NCBI GenBank assembly: GCA_016906335.1 | Contig: JADEYG010000007.1 | Coordinates: 1,178,001 to 1,242,000, forward strand | From: Novakomyces olei | Taxonomy: Eukaryota | Reading direction: 5' to 3' | Length of the DNA: 64,000 bases | Part shown: piece after piece, positions 61,004-64,000 of the stretch | Numbering within the stretch: position 1 is the first letter of the stretch | Layout: the number at the start of each line of letters is the position of its first letter | Position numbers and translations under genes: made by a program | Notes under the pieces: generated by a model | The model's database searches: none | What the model saw: the letters and a program-made list of their open reading frames with translations, nothing else | What the model was told of the DNA's origin: nothing

Positions 61004-62109
61004 ATGGTCGATTCAGAGGGTAATTTTGCAATCGCACTTGTGTCCGTCTGTCTAACTTTGTTTAAGAAGCGCGGTATAGGCAGAAATGCAAAGACTTGCG
61101 CCGGCGCATTCGTCACGTCGAACAGCAGAATGATTCGCTTAGCTTACGCTTAACACGGACGCGGCGGGCTGTACTGCGAATGCGTTTAGAAAGGGCATTT
61201 TTATACGAGAAATTGGAAGATCGCACACCGCACCGTATTGAGCCAGACGGGGGAGAGGACGCTACGCCCAGTCCTCCACGAAGTGTAATTGTTTCAAGAG
61301 TTACTATTTCATTCTTGGCTTTTATAGAATGATTTTGTTCAATCTATTAGATTTTTCTATTTATGCTTATTTTCCTTTCTTTCTTTTTTTTTTTTTTTGG
61401 TGCTATTTACTCTTGTTGTTTTTGCCCGTGTGCTGTCTTTTGTACATTCATCTTACAATACTAGCCGAGACTTGAGCCTCTACCGCCTGCGTCCGAACAA
61501 AGCGATCTGTTGAAGAATAGCGTGCTTGCGCAAAGTGCTGCTAATGCAGCCGCTACTAGTGCTGGCAAGAAACAGCTGCGAGATCCTTTTGCCCCAAAAA
61601 GGTATGGGTAGCGTTTGCAGCTGTTACTAGACTTTAAATATCGATATATTATTGCTTTATTTTTAAACAATCTGCACAGGGGTTTAAGGCGTTTTCTACT
61701 ATTCATCACTCCGTTGAATGGCGATGAATTGAATTAAATTGCATTGCTTTATTTATTACTGAATTGCTATTGTCATCTTTGTAATTCTCTATTTCGATCT
61801 GTGTGATTAATCTTTCACAATTTATTGTCCTTTAATTCCTATCAATACTTCATATTTTTTCACACTGACTCCAGGCCAACAAATCCCTTTCTACATTTTT
61901 GCGAATCAGAACGTGATCGCGTGCGATCTGAAGTGCCGAATACTGGTGAACCGGGTGAGCTCACTAAGGCGCTCGGTGCCGCTTGGCAGCAGCTTGATGA
62001 TGAAGGACGACGACCTTATGTGGAAATGTATGAGGCGGACAAGGCTCGGTATGAACAGGAAAAGGAGGATTATGTTGCAAACGGCGGCGACAGGAGTATA
62101 GTGGACTAG
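61004..62109 (+). CDS. NHP10: INO80 complex HMG-box subunit Nhp10-like, 3 introns
   Basis: YRQKCKDLRRRI..RMRLERAFLYEKL coiled coil, then RDPFAPKRPTNPFLHFC..LGAAWQQL..RPY..DKARYEQE HMG box. Confidence 0.8.
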
Positions 62110-62629
62110 AGAGATAGCGCTGTTTTCAAATAGTTTATATGATAAACGAATTTTAGATTGGATTAATTCATTTATTGTTTTCAGTCATATATCACGCCAA
62201 ATTGTTTCCTCTTCAAAATGTAATTTGAACAAATTATGTCGAGCAGAAGACATTTGAAGCAGAGTGACTACAAAGACTTGAAGTTATTGAGATTTAATGG
62301 GCAAAAATATAGACCCCATCGTTTGAGCTTCATTTCCAAGTATCATTCATTAAAATCCTATTTGATTATCTAGTTTGGGGGATTTTCATTAAAAAATTGA
62401 TTGGAAATTAAGATTGCGAGGCATAACCAAAACACAACTCCGGAACATATGCACATCATTTGACCAGAAACAACCAAAAAATGTAAAGCAATAAAATAAA
62501 TAAATAATAAAAAAAAAAAAACAATAAAAAACGTAATTAACGATAGATTGATAAAAAGACAATTTCCAAGTCTAACCTCCATCAAAGCATAATGTAATCA
62601 AAGCCAACAAAAAACCAGGCTGCAATGAT

Positions 62630-64000
62630 TTATGTCTGTAGTGACTTCATCAAATTGCGAATACGCGACACTATTAAAGCCGCCTCATTTCTGCTGTGTG
62701 CCTCAAAATCGTACCGCTTTGTCTCCTTTGCCTTGGAGACAATTAATTTAAAGTTTACCGGTACTTTACGAGACTGGCGGCAAGCCAGAATTCGACTAGC
62801 GTGGATACTCGATGTCTTTGGAACATCCACAATAATCTTTGATTCAGAGGGCAGAATTTGTACATATTCCCCATCAATGGCAAGTACACGTTCGTGCTTG
62901 CCCATGAGTGACATTGGATAGCGTCGCCACACATTGAACTTTTCATAAGAAGTATTTCCCAGTAAATTAGATTGAGCAAAAGGCGAAAGAGTAGGCTCAG
63001 TCGCCCGTTCTTCCCGGTTGGGGCCCACTATAGGCGTCGCAGGGCTCATTGTATTACCAGAGTAAAGCATTGGAAAGGTTGTAAGCAACTTGCGTGGAAT
63101 AACATCCAACTCATAATTGCCCTGTAAACTTTGGACAACGCGATCAAGAGGAGCAATGATTTGCGTACCAGAAACGCGTAAAGCGTATGCTTTACGATCG
63201 AGATTACGCGACTGGCAAAACGAGTCCAACACATCAGCCAGATAAGTCTTAAGCTCGGTTTTAAGTACTGCGTACCTCCTTACAACACCAGTAGCAGCAG
63301 TTCCGTAAAACAATTTTAGAGATACACTGCCGCCGCTATCAGAGACCGACTCTTTTGCTGCCATCGTGGTACTATCGGCGGCCGCCTGCCTTGATTCTTG
63401 CACTGGATACATTAGTATTGAAAAGGACATTGTAAAAGTAAAATAATTGTAAAAAAAAATTTATATATATATAATGAACAATAAAAAAGTCAAATTATAA
63501 GCATACATCTGCTGGGAGACGCCTCGACCAGGGCAAACTTGTCAAACCCAAACTTTGAAATAGGCCTGGATCGCTCCAACGCTGGAAAATCATCATCCAA
63601 TTCGCCATCGTCCTCCACAATGCGCAGTGTCCAATTTGATGGCGAAGTTAAAACGCCCTGTAACTGCGGCTCAAGTCCCTCTTCAATGTACCGGTAAAGT
63701 GCAAAAGCAATAGTATCAGCGACAGTTATACCTGGTTTAACTGCAATTCTAAAAGGCTCCAAAGGCTTCGCTCCAGACGGGCGGTAAATTTCCAGGCGCA
63801 GCACATCGGGATCACCTTCACCGCTAAATCTAATGCACTGTTCGTACAAAGGATTGGCCGAAGCAACCTTTGCCTTGAGCATACAAGTAAGAGCAGATTT
63901 ATGCGTTACACGAGGAATAGGCTGGCTCTGCATTTTGAGTGACTCACTCTGCCGCCTCGTTCTCCGGCTGGTTGACTGCCTTCGCAAGCTGTTTGCTTCT
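62630..64000 (-). CDS. SIN1: TORC2 subunit Sin1/Avo1, 3' part (CRIM, RBD, PH), 5' end outside the window
   Basis: WTLRIVEDDGELDDDFPALER (CRIM), YEKFNVWRRYPMSLMGKHERVLAIDGEYV and KRYDFEA (PH); intron near 63413-63507. Confidence 0.92.

Overview
Compact, gene-dense fungal (ascomycete) chromosomal window with the standard genetic code and many short (mostly about 33-60 nt) spliceosomal introns. The Homol-D/Homol-E and (AACCCT)2 promoter boxes suggest an early-diverging, Taphrinomycotina-like yeast (inference only). It holds about 30 protein genes, mostly housekeeping: a ubiquitin 5' end, PRS1, FAR-17a/AIG1-like, MDL1-type ABC, CLC1, MED22, OMA1, LMBR1-like, enoyl-CoA hydratase, Usp-domain protein, CQD1-like UbiB kinase, eIF4G, Par32/DUF3602-like, ARP1, PCD1-like Nudix, PGA1-like, RNF5-like E3, full-size ABCG, U2B''/MSL1, RER1, TRM732/THADA, ArgRS, uricase, bL36m, GLY1, NHP10 and the SIN1 3' part. 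There is also an intron-containing tRNA-Arg(CCT) and a heavy load of unrelated micro/minisatellites. I see no intact mobile element and no clearly new multi-gene system. Best leads: a probable UUG-initiated mitochondrial isoform of ArgRS, an orphan Cys-rich secreted protein, recurrent telomere-like promoter boxes, a small unrecognised three-exon gene, and a 2.2 kb gene-free gap with a possible decayed zinc-knuckle relic. All gene calls come from reading translations by eye, not from database searches.
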